Virus record (IMG/VR): IMGVR_UViG_3300045988_058615
Span: 5,350 to 69,349 of that record
From: a virus
Length of the DNA: 64,000 nucleotides
Strand: one strand, 5' to 3'
Part shown: piece after piece, positions 1-13,846 of the stretch
Layout of the letters: each line of letters begins with the position of its first letter
How positions within the stretch are numbered: position 1 is the stretch's first letter
Position numbers and translations under genes: made by a program
Notes under the pieces: model-generated
What the model was told of the DNA's origin: nothing
Seen by the model: only the letters and a program-made list of their open reading frames with translations
The model's database searches: none

Positions 1-3000
1 ATCAATATCAGCAGTTGTAGGATTAATCTATAGTGCTGCAGAAGCAAACGTATTAAGTTCAGAATCTGTTAAAGAAATTTCTCTATCAATTACTCCATTC
101 ACATATATTCTAACTAAGTTAATGCTAGTAGTAGGAGCTGCCTAATCAAAAGCACTCTAGAAGCTAGCTAGGAAGTTCGGATAGTAAATATCACTCTTAG
201 AGATAACAAAGCCTTTCTATACAGTTACTAATACATGAGTCTCTACCCCTTCTTGGAATTGAGCATTTCTAGCATTAAATAAATCGTTATCCTCAGTATT
301 CCAACAGAATTGAGTAGGTCTCAACTAGAAGTTTCCTATTGTAGCTATTGGTTTGCTCTCATCACTAATGTTATAAGTTTTAAATCCTAATTCAATAGTG
401 AAATTATTTCCTAATCCTAAACTTAGAGGTGATTTTAGTATAGGATTATCCTGTGCAGATACTTTAAATATTGTACGCCCATCTTCTTCCTACCATCCGT
501 CTGACGATTCCAAATCTGATATTACCGTAGCCGGATTTGAACCAGTGGCATATTCGTCAGTAACAAAAATATCATTTAAGTAGCCTTCAATCTAGTCAAA
601 GTTCTTAGAAGGAGCTATATCCTACGAATATATAAATTCTGGATTCACTGCCTCTACTCTCATAGTTTTGAAGTTGCTTGTATAGGCGGTAGTCTATCCT
701 AAACTATTAGTAAATACAGTATAGAACTTATAGTAAGTATCATCTACTTTAATTACTAAATATTTTTCAGAATCGCTACTATTTATCTCTATATATTTTT
801 TATACGAAGTGTCGTAGACTCCCTATTCATTGTAAGATGAAGCGCTAATAACTTCATACTTCATGATTTCAGTAGGATTCATACTTTCAGAGTCTGGCAT
901 TTCATTCTCTAGATAAGTAGTTATAGCCATAGAGCTATTATCTGGGCTAAATACAGTTAACTCATATAGAGTAGCTACGCCATTGTTCGCAATACCATTA
1001 CTTACTCCATTAATAGCAACGATTGTTTCTGCGCAATTATATGTATAAATAATATCTACATAAATATAGTCTGTATAAATAGAACTCTCAGTATTATGGA
1101 CTGCCTTTACAGCTAATTGATTAAGTCCTGAGGTTAAACTAGAATAATTCAATACCCCTCCACTTGTAGAAAATGCAGAGCCGTTATTAAATCCCTCTAA
1201 GTGATAATTGCTAGTTGTTCCTCCAGTTAGAGAGAAATTAACTAGGTTGTTACTTAAGACAACTTCCCCATTGTAATTAAGAGTGATTACTTCGGTAGTA
1301 ATTGGAAGGTCTAAAGTATCTTCTACTTCAGGGTCATCTATTACCTGAGCAGTAATTTTCTTAGCAGACTAAGTTTTAGTAAATAACTCAGTAATATCTA
1401 TCCAAGCTAGAGTATCAATTAATTCCTCTGATGATACATTAACTCCAGTAATTGCTCCAGTAGAAGGATCAATAATACACTAGTTATATTTAATATTGTT
1501 TACTCTAAATGTTCCAGATTGAGTTCCATAACTAATCTTAACATTGAAAGGTCCAATTCTATCTGTTGTTACAGAAGTAGTAGCAACGGCGTACATTGCA
1601 ATACCAACCTTAACATTTCTATCAGAGTTATATTGCATCAAAAGAGAACTATTAGCCTCAGTATAGATTTTGTCAGTCTTATTGTCTAACATTACTCCAT
1701 ACACCATAATACCATAAGAGTACGTGGGAGGAATAACTGATACTTCAGTTTCTACCTTATCTCCATTACTCTTAAGAAGAGTAAGGATGCTAGTAGAAGA
1801 ATCATACGATGCATCTACTATATCCTATCCCTCTGTCTTCTCTATTTTTCGGCTTATGAAATCCTCAACCTCCATTCCAGAATGTCCATCCCATTCTGTT
1901 GCTAAATCTGTAATCTGATTAGGTAAATTTTCAAATTTTGCCATTTTTACAAATCAATTATTTTTCCATGAATCATCTTTTAACCAAGGTCTATCTTGTA
2001 GCCAAGTTCCGCTACCAAAACAGCTTCTAACAGCATCATATACGGTAAGCCAGACTAACTACGACCCTTTATATATAGCTCCAATGTTTTTTTGTACTCT
2101 TTGCTATACTTGGTCTACAAGTTCTAGAATATCTTTCTATACCTATAGTATTAACTTTCCGTTTCTATATATCATACTTTCTAAACATATAAATTAACTA
2201 AGTCAGCTAAATTATGGTACACTGGTTGTCCTGTATCTCTAGTACATAGATATATTATATCATTTTGTATATAATATTTTCCATTAAATAACTCCATATT
2301 GTTGTTATATGGTATTGGGTCTTCTAAAGTTCCAGCATGATCTTCTACTATCTCCTCATAAAGAGCAGCAGTAGCAATTGAAGGCGGTTGGTTCTCCAAG
2401 ACCTGACTTATTGTCTATCGTACTTTATATAGATGTCCTTTATAAGTGATTTTATCATTCTCATTTAGGGATTTTCCTATATATGCATTCCAGGAAGGAT
2501 ATAACGATTTACACTATAATGCCTCCTAATCTGTAAGTGATGTAGTCTTAATTAGAATCTTAGTTAGGTTTGTAATGTCTCTTAATGAGGGTACTAACTC
2601 AGAATTAATTGTAGACTCGGATTCTATTTTAAAATCCAATTTAACTTTGGTTTGAATCTCAGATACTAGATTAACGTATTCTAGATAATCATTATATGCG
2701 TCTGAATCTTCACTTAAACCAATAAGGTATTTATTATACTTATTTATCAAAGATAACTCATCCTCAGAGGATAGATACTGTCTAATCACAGCCTAAATAC
2801 ATTTTTTATAATCTGGCTATCCTGCTAGAAGAACCTAAATAAAACTGTATAGAGTTTTTTTCTATTCTTCTAATTCTGAATCACTGATAACTTCTATCTC
2901 TTTTATGTCATAGTTATAGTAATAAGTACCGTTCCCAAGTTTTTGGATTGTCTGGGGCTAAACGTCCATTTGTATTCTATTCGGTTCTAACATAAGGTGT

Positions 3001-3130
3001 TACTTTAAAATTTATAGGAAATTTGTATCTAAGCAAAGAATAATGTAATTTCTTATTCTTGCTTTTAAAATAATAGGGTTTGTTGTTATACATAAAGTGC
3101 ACTCTAAAATGGCTATGATAATCAACTACC
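1..3130 (-). other. Unresolved block of TAG-recoded late/structural coding sequence. The six-frame fragments at 823-1152, 1480-1707, 2181-2399, 2526-2789 and 2977-3195 are pieces of longer genes.
   Basis: Continuous minus-strand coding potential is interrupted only by TAG (cta on the plus strand). Gene ends were not resolved by hand. Confidence 0.3.
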
Positions 3131-3131
3131 T

Positions 3132-4193
3132 CTATAATGTGAATATACTTATTATAAAACTTAGATATATTGACTTCCTTTCCATTCCATTCCAATTTGA
3201 GAACTTCAAACCAGTCAAAGTTTCTATCTTTTTCAACAAATTCTTAGAATTACAGAATTTCATCCATCCGAAATAAGATCTCATTCTTCTTTCCAATTCT
3301 TCTCTATCAATCTTATTTTGCTTATATAGATTTATAAGCTTAAACATTCTCATTTTTATAGATTTTCTTAATAGAACGTGAGTGTGGTAAAATTTGTAGC
3401 CTACAAAATCTACTCCTCTACTTTCTACTGGAAATATCTAGTAGTTAGGTTTTAATTCTAAATTAAGAACTTGTTTTAAATACAGTTTTATAGATACTAA
3501 TACATTTCTCAAATAATTCTTGTCATTACCAAGAATCACAATATCGTCAGCATATCGAAAGTAGTACTTACATTTTAACTCCTCTTTTATCCAGTGGTCA
3601 AAATATGTCAGATATAAATTTGCAAAGAACTATGATAGATAGTTCCCAATAGGAACTCCTTTGGCTGAATATATTATTTCCTTCAATAGACTTAACAGTT
3701 TCTTATCCTTTATTTTCTTCTACAACATCTCATACAGGATGTCATGTGTTATAGATGGATAAAATTTTCTTATATCCATTTTTAGGCAGTATTTAGTTTC
3801 ATCTGGGTATTTCTACAATACCTTGAATAAATCATACTCTACCTTATGAATCCCTCTATTTCTTATAGAGGAATATGTCTAATCTATAAAAATGCTGGTC
3901 CAGATAGGTTCCATAATATTCATTATAGCGTGATGAGTGATTCTATCAGGGTAATATGGAAGTCTAAAGATTAATCTTTCTTTAGGCTCATATATTATAA
4001 ATGTACTATATTCAGAAGTCTAATAGATTAGCTATTTTAATTTGTCTGATAATTCCTTATTTTCTTCTAATCTATTCTTATCATGCTACTTAATACCACA
4101 TCGAATTGACTTATTTCTTCTAGCCTTATCATCAGCTAATTCGATGTTTTTCAAATCATACACTCGTTCGTGCAAATATCCTACACGTTTCAA
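3132..4193 (-). CDS. DGR reverse transcriptase, 353 aa, with in-frame TAG read as Gln; probable TTG start
   Basis: YADD box: plus 3543-3554 atcgtcagcata is minus TAT GCT GAC GAT. Hand translation gives ...IYEPKERLIFRLPYYPDRITHHAIMNIMEPIW...MDIRKFYPSI...GVPIGNYLS[TAG=Q]FFANLYLTYFDHW...RYADDIVILG...GVDFVGYKF, the canonical DGR RT motifs. At least 7 in-frame TAG. The C-terminus matches ORF 3132..3353. Confidence 0.85.
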
Positions 4194-4337
4194 TTTTTAT
4201 ATATTTCATCGGAAGCTTTCGAGATTTAACCTACTAACACCCTTCATTTAACACTACGTTGTCTTTTGCCTAGAGGCAAGGATATCACTTAACAAACTAA
4301 AAAAAAAATAAAATAAATTGTTCTAAATATATAATAA

Positions 4338-4436
4338 CTCAACATTGGAATTGGCATTGCTGACGTCATTGTTAGAATTGAAATAGCTAAGACCTGCATT
4401 GCTACCATTATTCGCATTGCTGCCTACTAGCAGTTC
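4338..4436 (-). repeat. DGR template repeat (TR), rich in AAT/AAC codons on the sense (minus) strand
   Basis: It is about 100 nt and homologous to 4538-4636. About 17 of 18 mismatches lie where the TR plus strand has T, i.e. A on the sense strand. The sense translation is ...VGSNANNGSNAGLSYFNSNNDVSNANSNV. Confidence 0.8.
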
Positions 4437-4510
4437 TTTTTTGCCAACCAACGGTTTTCAGAAGTAATATCCCACGATTTATATCTAAATCGATTTCTAT
4501 ATTTTATATC

Positions 4511-6331
4511 TTAAGATACTCTGTTTAGAGTCCTGAACCCAACAGTGGAAGTGGCAGCGCCGACGTCATAGTTAGAATAGAAAAAGCCAAGACCCGCATA
4601 GCTACCATTATTCGCAACGCCGCCCACCCGCAGCGTGCGAAGCGCTGTAGAGCTAGCGTTGCAATAGTGGTAATCACACATATAAGTTGTAGTTGAAGCT
4701 CCAGTACAAGAAGATGGTATAATCTCTGCTGTCTCTCCCAAGTCAAACTCTTTAATGTATCCATCTTGTGCTACCTCATATCCTGCTATAGTCTTGTCGC
4801 CAATTACGTCAGTAAACTCTTCCTTGTTTGTAGTAGTATATACACTACTGATTTCATTTGCCGCAGTTCTTTGAATAACTACTCCATCTAGGTTTGTCCA
4901 AATATCTCCAAATGGATTATCAAAACCTCTCCATCTTGGAACTTTAAATGTCTTAGTCACTACTGTATCTGTTCCGTTTGTTGCAGTACATTCTGGAATA
5001 ACTAAATCTTTGATTCCAGTGAAGTTACCAATATCATTACAATAACCACATGGAGTAATAGGATAGGTTCCATTATATCCAGACCAACTTGTAGCAGAGT
5101 TACTCCAGTCTGTAACTCCAGGACCAAGTCCTCCTTGACGATAACCATCAGAAGTAAGCTCAGCATTATAGGCAGCCTGAGAGTTAAAGTTAGCGTATTC
5201 TATTACATAGTTCCAGTAGAATATCCATTTATAATATTCATAACACAATAATTCAGAGCCTGCATTTGTGGCATAAGTTCTCATATTAGCTCTAGAAACA
5301 TTAGTTCTAGGTTTTCCTAAATCGCTTCTAAAAGCATCTTTGGTATCAAGTTCAGTAGTTAGATACTCATCGAATTGTGCTCTATTTCCACCGCCTCTAA
5401 ATGCTTCTGTAGTATTGACCACGGACACAGCTTTAGGGGTTTCTGACACAGTATTGTCAACTGTATTTCTATATGCGTCAATTAATAGTTCTGGTATTTC
5501 TGCCCACGAATCATCAAGCTTTACTAGAGAAATTCTAACCCATCTTTTATTTCCATTAGAGCCTGATTTACCATAAAATTTAGGAGTGTGGACTCTTACA
5601 GTCCCGTCGGTTCCATCAAGCACAGAAGGAGTACTCCCATCTTCTTTGTAAGCCCAATCGTCCGGATATAAATAGTAATTTACCACACCGTTATTTGCTA
5701 CACATCCTCTGTAAGCAGACTAAATAGGAAGGGATTTATGTAACAGTGGGTTTCCTATTCTAGTAAGGATAGGAGAAGATACGGTAATATCCCATTCTAC
5801 CCCATAAGAGTATAAGTCTACGTTACTGCTTAACTCTGTGACTTGTTTGCTTAGACTCTATTGTTCTTTTTGTAATTCTTCCCAAGCAGTATTAAGAGCA
5901 TCAAATTGTTCCTCTAACTTAGTACTAGTATCTGCCCACTATGCAGTCCCATCTTCAGAAAAGGTTAAAATCTATCCAAGTGCTCCTCCAGCAGGTATGT
6001 GTTTATTTCCAGAAGTAGTTGGGTGTACATAATTATTTGCATTATCTGCAATACCACTAAGTTTCTGTTTTTCAGTTTCTGTGTAATTAGCTTCAGAAAG
6101 TCCTTTTCCTAATTCTTTATCTACCTTACTTTCCAACTCCGTTTTAGTAGCTAAACCACTTATATCCTAGTGTTCCTTTAAATAATTTTCATCATTCTAT
6201 AACTAAGACACTTTAGTTGGAATGGCACTAGATTTTGCATATGTCTAATCTATAACATTTCCAGAGCCATCATAGGTAGCCTTTAAGTCATATACGGTTT
6301 CTCCAACCTTTATAGATTTGATAGCTGCCAT
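4511..6331 (-). CDS. Tail-fibre / receptor-binding protein, DGR target, about 607 aa, TAG-recoded
   Basis: Read from the ATG at 6331-6329 through several in-frame TAG into ORF 4511..5686. The sequence runs MAAIKSIKVGETVYDLKATYDGSGNVIDQTY...KHIPAGGALGQILTFSEDGTAQWAD...NNGVVNYYLYPDD..., and VR1 lies in the last ~35 codons. Confidence 0.7.
4538..4636 (-). repeat. DGR variable repeat VR1 at the 3' end of the tail-fibre gene
   Basis: Aligned base-by-base against 4338-4436. It differs almost only at TR adenines and is GC-richer. It encodes ...GGVANNGSYAGLGFFYSNYDVGAATSTVGF, a C-type-lectin-like end. Confidence 0.8.
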
Positions 6332-6339
6332 ATTATTGT

Positions 6340-9300
6340 ATTATTAAAGTTTCTTCTTCTACATTATGATCTATTCTTTCTATGGAGGCAGTTAAGTCTT
6401 CAACAGCTTTCTACAGTTCAGCCTTGGTAGCGTAGTTCTTTAATGTATCTGGGTCTATTCCAGATCCTCCTATATTTCCTCCAACAACTTTTACTGGTTT
6501 TGCTGAGTTCTTAAACTACCCTTCAACCCAAATTGTTCCCATACTATTTAAAATATTAATTGTTCATTTTCTCCATCTACCTGTACGTTACCAGAACCAG
6601 GCTATATTGCATCTATTTTCTTCTACAATTCGTCTACAGCAGCCTTTATTAATCCTTCCACCTCAGCTTTTGTATAGTAACGTTCTGTCAGATATTCACT
6701 TCTGACATATCCTGTATCCTATATATCTTTTTCTCCGTAAGTACAATAGTACGTATCGTTCTCTGTCCTATTATTTTCAACTAGGTCATCATAATCTGTT
6801 TGTGGAAGACATACCAATTTAGGAACCTCTTCTGTAAGAGCAACTTGCTTTCCAGATGCTAATAATCTATCGTCTTCTGTAGTAAGTTTAACAGAACTTT
6901 CAATAGTCTGTTCAGTTGTTTCATCTTCTGAACTTTCTCCAGTTGTTCTCTATTGTACTTCTTTTTCGACAATTTTCTAAATAGTAATATCAGAAGTTTC
7001 TATAGAGGTTGATTTCAGAAGCTCTGTACTAAATTCCTTAGAAGCGGCATCCTAATCTTCCTAATATTTCTTCTAGGTAACAAATATAAAATCGTCATCA
7101 CCGGTTTCGGGAGAATCTCCTCTCAAACTTTCTTTTGTTACATACTCCTCTGCTATCTAATTGGAAAGGTCAGTTAATGACTATTGAGTGGCGTATGTAG
7201 ATTGAGCATTTTCTTTCGTAAGAAACTTTTCATCTACCTACGAACTAGTGTAGTATGCTTTAATATCTTCTGTAGTAACGTAGCTTCCTAGTTTCTATAA
7301 ACCAGAAACAATTTCATCAATCTATGTCTTTGAGTAATAATTAGTGGCAACCCAGGACTAATACTGATGTGTAGTATGGTAATTTTGATCTAAGTACTCC
7401 TTAGTAATATAGACTTTAGCATCATTTGTTACATCATACACATAGTAATATGTATCAGGTTCTATAGCTTCCTCTTCTACCAGTCTTAAATATTCCTCTT
7501 CAGTTAATGTAACCAGATTAGGAACATCTGACATCATGGCGAATCGGTCTTCTCCAACAAACAATCCATCAGATTTAACATCTACTACTAGCTAATCCTC
7601 TTCTTCTACTATTGGAGACTTTATCTATCCTACAGTAATACTTTCTAGGGAACCATCCCCATCTACCTTTAAAGTCTTATCTAGCTCATCTTGGATAGCC
7701 TATTGGTCTTCGTCATACTATTTCTTTGTAACAAAAACAAAATCATCTCCTTCCATTCCTTCTCCTCTAAGACTTTCTTTGGTAACAAATATGTCATCAG
7801 TTTCTTCCTTAGTGTAATGGTTAGATAAGGCTTTAGATAACAAAGATTCTGGGTTCTCTAAATCTAAATCAGTTTTAGGGGCATAATTCTCAGTTAACTC
7901 TTCAAGAGTAGCATACTTGGAAAGGTTAGAGATTGTCTAGTCTAAATCCATTCTAATCTATACTACAGTAGTATTTAGAGCTTTCTATTTCAACTATTCC
8001 TCTATCTTTTTACCCCATTCTGCTGATAAATAAAACTAATCATCATCTAGGCCGTCTTCATATATATAATAATATGTTTCTGCATGAAGATATGTTTTAC
8101 CTTCGTCTATAGGTTTAAAATCTTCTGTGGTATTTTCAGACCATTCCTTATATTCAGCCTCTGTACAGGTGATTATCTAAATAGATTCATAAGAAGCTTT
8201 CCAACCTTCTTTGTATTTAATCTTAGACTTATCTACTAGCATATAAATATTTCCGTTATCTATATTTGAAACGGTCATGCCTTGATAAGCATATTTCTCC
8301 GGAATAGAATATAATTCGTCTAAATTATCGACTACTGTTCTATTATCAAGAGGTTTAGGAGTTTCTACGGTTAAAGCAACACCTAATGTAGCATCACCTG
8401 TATATTTAAATGCCATTATTGTGATAAAGTAAAGTTAATTTGGTGGGGCAATGCTGAAGAATAAGTATCCTTCTTAGTCCATACCTTATAAGGAAATCCA
8501 TTTATCTATTCGGTAGAAGTTTCCCAGCCACTTAAATCAACATTTAAGTATCCTAGTCCTCCATCTACTGTAAATGAATTTAGCTAAGTATTACTTCCAG
8601 GTAATTTTATAATAGCCTTTCCACTTAATGAAAATGTAATAATTCCAGAAGATTGTCCAAATGGAACAAGACTCTATTTGATTAAACTATCTGTATTACC
8701 AGAATACCAAGGGTAGGTAGCAGTCACCTATGCTGTAGTTGATATTGAACCAGCTTCCACTCTCTTCTCTGTAACTTCTCCTTTATTGTTAATAAGATAT
8801 TCTCCAGCAGCATAATTTACAGTACCAGAATGTACATAAACACCGATAGAATCATATGTTTCAGATTCTACAGGAGAATCATTATAGGTAATAGTTTCTT
8901 CTCTATCAGTTTCCTCTCCAGCATCATTTTTTATAAATGTTAAAGTAGGGGTAAGTAAAGCGGATCCTACCTCCACAATCTAAGAGGTGAAACTATAATA
9001 CAACTAAGGATAAACCAAATCTCTAACAACAGTAGGAAATAATAGAGTATCTATAATCTCATTAAACGGCTTTCCTTTCAATTTTTCAACTGTAGTTCCT
9101 TGAATAACAGCAGAAGTAGTATCATCTGGAAGTTCAGTTTGATAAGTAGCTATAGTTTCTAAACTTGTCTATATATTTGTGATATTCTCAGTATTAGAAT
9201 CTACTTTAGAATCAGTGTTCTTCTAAGCTTCCTATACTCCCTTAACTTCTTCCTTTACCTCTGTTAGAGATGGTTCCAAGTCTTTTACATATATTCCAGG

Positions 9301-10900
9301 TAGGACTACTGTGGAAGGCTCTCCTTCCTCCTCTACTGGAGGAATTTCCTACTAAATAAGATGTATTGCGTTATCCTCCTACTAGGATAGAATTACTTCT
9401 AGAGTATTATCATCCTTTATTTCTATGGTTTTGGAGTTTCTTAGACTATTAGTTATCCAATTCTAGATGTTTTTGTCAACATCTATATTTTTGATAGACT
9501 CGTTAATATCCTCTATTGCCTCATTAATCTCGGTTATTTTCTCAGAAAGATTGTTTATGCCAGTTCTGTTAGATTCAATTTCTTCTTCAAGTTCTTTCTT
9601 AAGTACAGTAATAGAAGTTCTGATATTACTTATATCAACTTTTATTTCCTCTATTTCTTCTGTATTAGCTTCGTACTAACTTATAAAGAATAAAGCATAA
9701 TCTAAGGCATCTTTTACAGTATTGATATTCTCTGCAACATCACTAGTATAAGTCCATTTCTATTCTATGTACTATACTAAATCTTTCTAGGCTTCTATAG
9801 TTCCTTCTATATTTCCCCAAAGAAGACTCTACTCATCAGCAATACCTAGATTCTTTCTAACCTTAGCTCTTTCTAATTCAGTTCTATATTCTCCAAGATA
9901 GTTATTTCTTAGGAGAGGTATAGGTTCACTTTTTATTAAATGTCCTTTCTTTCCACAAGGCTTTATATCAGCATTGCTTACCGAAGTGTAAATAGGCTGT
10001 ATCATTATGATTCAATAATTGCTATTTAATAAATTCGTGATTATCTAATTTTACGGGTAGGTTAATAAAACAAATTAGATTCAAAATATCCTAATAATCT
10101 GGTCTATATCCCTTTCTAACCCTTTTAAGGAAATCCTCATACCTTTTAATAGCCTTTCTTTTAAGAGCATCCACAACCTATACGTTTATGTTCATGGTGA
10201 TTGTCACAGAATCCACCGCAAGTGCGGAACATTGCTAACAATCTTTCAGCTTCCATGAATTGTTTAAAGCCTATTAAATAATCTATAATATTAAGTGTCA
10301 TCCAGATAAAATCTCTTGCAAATATATCCGCATCATGTTCTCTAGTTAGACACTTATTTAATAAAGAGTCAAAGAGTTTCTTACAGTAGTTAATATAACA
10401 CTATTGCAGATTTCCTGTAAAGAACACATCTACCTTACATTTTTTGATAGTAGTTCCTTCTATATTCCTTTCAAGGATTTCTTTTACAGTACATTCCTCT
10501 AGCTCTCCATCTACTTCTTTATATAGTTTCTCTCCGTCAGTTATATAGATAGTTTCATAATACTCCTTGTATTCATCAGATGAATTTTCGTACCATTTCA
10601 TATTAGGAAGAATTATGTGGTCTACTACATAATATCCGTCTTCTTTTACTTTGAATGTACAAGAGTCTAAATCCTCTGTATGGTCATTGAGAAGTACGTC
10701 TATCAAAGTAGCATCTCCTATACTAACTTTTATGATGGTATTTAGAGTAGCACTTTCACTATACTTATAAGAATCATAGGAAGTTACTACCTCTAAATCT
10801 TCATCAATATACTATCCATATTCCTTTGAAAAGTCTTCAATAGTTATTTCCCCGTTAATCTGGGTATGTATATCAATACTAAATTCCATATTACAATAAT
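6340..10900 (-). other. Unresolved TAG-recoded structural genes (tail / capsid region)
   Basis: Dense minus-strand coding fragments (7358-7564, 8177-8416, 8728-8976, 10401-10706) are separated only by TAG codons. Confidence 0.3.
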
Positions 10901-11634
10901 TAAGACTCAGTAGTAGGCCATTGACCATATTGAGCAGGAGTAGAAAATGGTTTCCACTTACCTTCTTGTCGTATACGTCTAGACATAAAAACTGAACTAA
11001 ATGATAAACTAATATCTTGAGGATAGTCTGTCCATGTATATGACTAACCTTCAGGGGTCGGTGGTAGACTATTTAACTTACCAGCTGGTTCCCCATTCCA
11101 ATAATAATTATAGTCATATGCTTTAGTTGGAGTAACAGTCGTTGTTTCATGTCCTTCCGAATCTACATATAGAGGATTTCCATCCTCATCTGTTTTCTGC
11201 TTATATTCAATAACTGGAGTTATTCCTTCAGTTCTGGTATATATGTTCTAAATAACAGTAGAAACATCGCTTGCTACAATCTCATAAATAGTAGTTCCCT
11301 GAGATTCGTCAGCTCCCTAGAAAGTAAATTTAGTTCTTTTCCAGATGTATGGATTCTCTTCAGTTGGAAGTTCAAAAGTATCAGTCCACTATTTAGCGGA
11401 TAACTTTATTTCTGATTCTTCGGCAGTATCAGCAGGTAAGTAATGAATCTTAATAATAATATTATTTACCGCTTCACTAGAACCAGAAAGATCTGACACC
11501 TACTTAAATAGCTTCTTTAAATCATCTTCCACATTTGATTTGGAACCAGAAGCATTACTAATAATTACTGAACCATCTGAAATAGGATAAATCTATTGCT
11601 AATCCTTATTATATACAATTGTTCCAGTTGCCAT
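10901..11634 (-). CDS. Hypothetical structural protein of about 244 aa, TAG-recoded (approximate ends)
   Basis: Hand translation from the ATG 1 nt after the portal stop gives MATGTIVYNKDQQQIYPISDGSVIISNASGSK...QWPTTES and a TAA. Confidence 0.35.
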
Positions 11635-11635
11635 A

Positions 11636-13846
11636 TTAATGTATTTGTCTTATTTTGTCATTATATGGATTTCCATCATGAAGCTAAGCCAACTCTATTT
11701 CAGTTCTCTTTTCTTCTATATCCATTTGTCTATCTTTATATGTAGAATCAGATTGAGCTTTGAGCCAGTTAACCTTATATTCTAACTACATTTTCTGCTA
11801 TTCTAATCCTAATCTCTACTCATCCAAACTTTCTATCTTCTACTAAGCTTTCTATAGTTCTTGCTGTAACTGCTATGCCTATTGTGAAGTTTCTTCCAAT
11901 TTTTCCTATAGCTACTATAGCTAATTGTTTTCTTCTTTACGAATCTATACTGCTTTCTTAACCTTATATTTAAGGTCTGTAAGACTCTTAGCAGTTAGTG
12001 CTTCAAATATGATGTCAGGATCCATTTGCTGGCTTTTAACAAACTCTGGAATAATAGCTTTAATAGTTTGTAAATCTTCCATTACTTCAGAGCTAGAAGT
12101 TATATGGATATCATAGTCAGTAACCGTAAAATATTCTGGAAGCGCTGTAAATATCTGCTAGTATTTATCTCCAAGTATAATAGTACCAGTCAATCCTTTC
12201 TTATATGTTATTTTAGCCTAGTTTAGACTATCCAATAATATCTCACAGGTGATTAGGTCCATCTACTAGAAATAATGCTTGGTTACTATGTAAGAGTTAG
12301 TAACACCTTGCTTAATATTAGTTACAGCATCGTGAGTATCTATTCCATTTAATCTTTCTCTAAATACTCCAGTTATAGATGACGTAGTTTGTTCTACTGA
12401 TTGAATTGCTAATTCAATAGCCTATACAGCCTAAGCTTTTAAGGTATCATCAAATCCATTGTATATCTAGTTAGGTGCTTGCGCTCCATCATTTCTCCCT
12501 TCCTAAGTAGAATCAATCCACATGATACCACCCTTCTTGTATGCTAACCATTTCTATACTCTCTCCGGCCACTTTACGCCTAGGTTAGTAGGAAGTAACG
12601 ACATATCCATGATTACACCAGCGGTACCACTATTAGCTATTAGGTTGTCTCTATAATAGTTTAGTAGGTCATATCTATCCTATAGATGCGCACATTTTAA
12701 TATTAAGGAATATGGTTGTTGAGAACGATTTAAGAAATATACCCCATTCACAGATAGAGAACAGAAATTGGGATTGTCTTTTGACCTCATAACAGTCTTA
12801 TCTAGACCTCTAAGGATATATATCTCCTCCCCAATTCTAATTGTGTTATATCTCTGCATTACAAAATCGTCATCAGTTTCTATCCATTCTACGTCATAAA
12901 CTGGAATTAACTAAAATCTGTGAGCACTATATTCATTATCTGGGTATCCAGGAATGGTTTCATGATTCTAATCTTCATTTACTATGGTACAAGTGTCACC
13001 ATAAACTCTTCTATAAACTGCAGCAGAATCATCAGCTCTCCACTCATCTTTTAGTCTTTTCAAATCCTCTCTAGAGATTTCTTTCCCGTACTTAGCTAAT
13101 ATCTAGCTTTTACTCATCCATTTTCTAACTACTACTCTATAAGAATTTCTAACATATGGAGATTCTGGATTTCTATCTACGAAAGTATTCAGGGGATTTA
13201 AAACTTCTATTTCTATGTTAGTTCCAGAAGATGATGATTTTACTCTGAAAAATGTATATCCAGTAATTAATAAATCTGTAAGTAACTATCGGAGTTTAGT
13301 TATTAAATCGGTTTCTCTAGACTGCATAATATAATGAATAATATTCTATGCAGCTATCTCATATTGAGAAATAAAAGACTAATCAATATCTTGAATAATT
13401 TTATCTAACTAAGTCTTCACGGCTTTATCTGTAATATCTTTTCCATCGATAAATTTCAGAATAGAATTACTTAAATGGTCTCTAAGAAATTTAACTATTC
13501 CTTTAGTTATTTCTAACTATTTTTCTCTAGTGATATTACTAATGGTATCTGAATCCTTACAAGAAATCTTCGGAAGGATAGGGGTTCCTAGATATTCCCC
13601 TACTAGAGCATCTACATGCTTTTTTAGTAATGGTGTAAATTCTACAGAAGTAGGACTACCTATTCCGAAGTTTTCTTCCAGGTAACGAAACTATTCTGGG
13701 TCTCTCTTTCCGTTATAGTAATTATAAGCTTTCTATAATTCGTACTTATCATATACAAGCTCCGCAATAGCCTCGTTCGTCTTGTCTATCAGTTCTTTTT
13801 CTTTCATAACATAAATTATGCTGTTCTGGAGGAAGTTTAGTTGCAT
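11636..13846 (-). CDS. Putative portal protein, about 736 aa, TAG-recoded
   Basis: A long reading frame lies directly downstream of TerL. The N-terminus is MQLNFLQ.../MKEKELIDKTNEAIAELVYDKYELQKAYNYY. The C-terminus is a Gln-rich coiled coil, QQLQEKLEETSQQAQQLQQELQKAQQKIESLDEQ, in which every Q is a TAG, then ...HDGNPYNDKIRQIH and a TAA at 11636-11638. Confidence 0.45.

Noticed and set aside
4042-4251. 69-aa plus-strand ORF
   Set aside because: It is antisense to the N-terminus of the DGR RT.
4525-4764. 79-aa minus ORF overlapping the tail-fibre 3' end
   Set aside because: Alternative frame over the GC-rich VR; the tail-fibre frame carries the lectin-like peptide.
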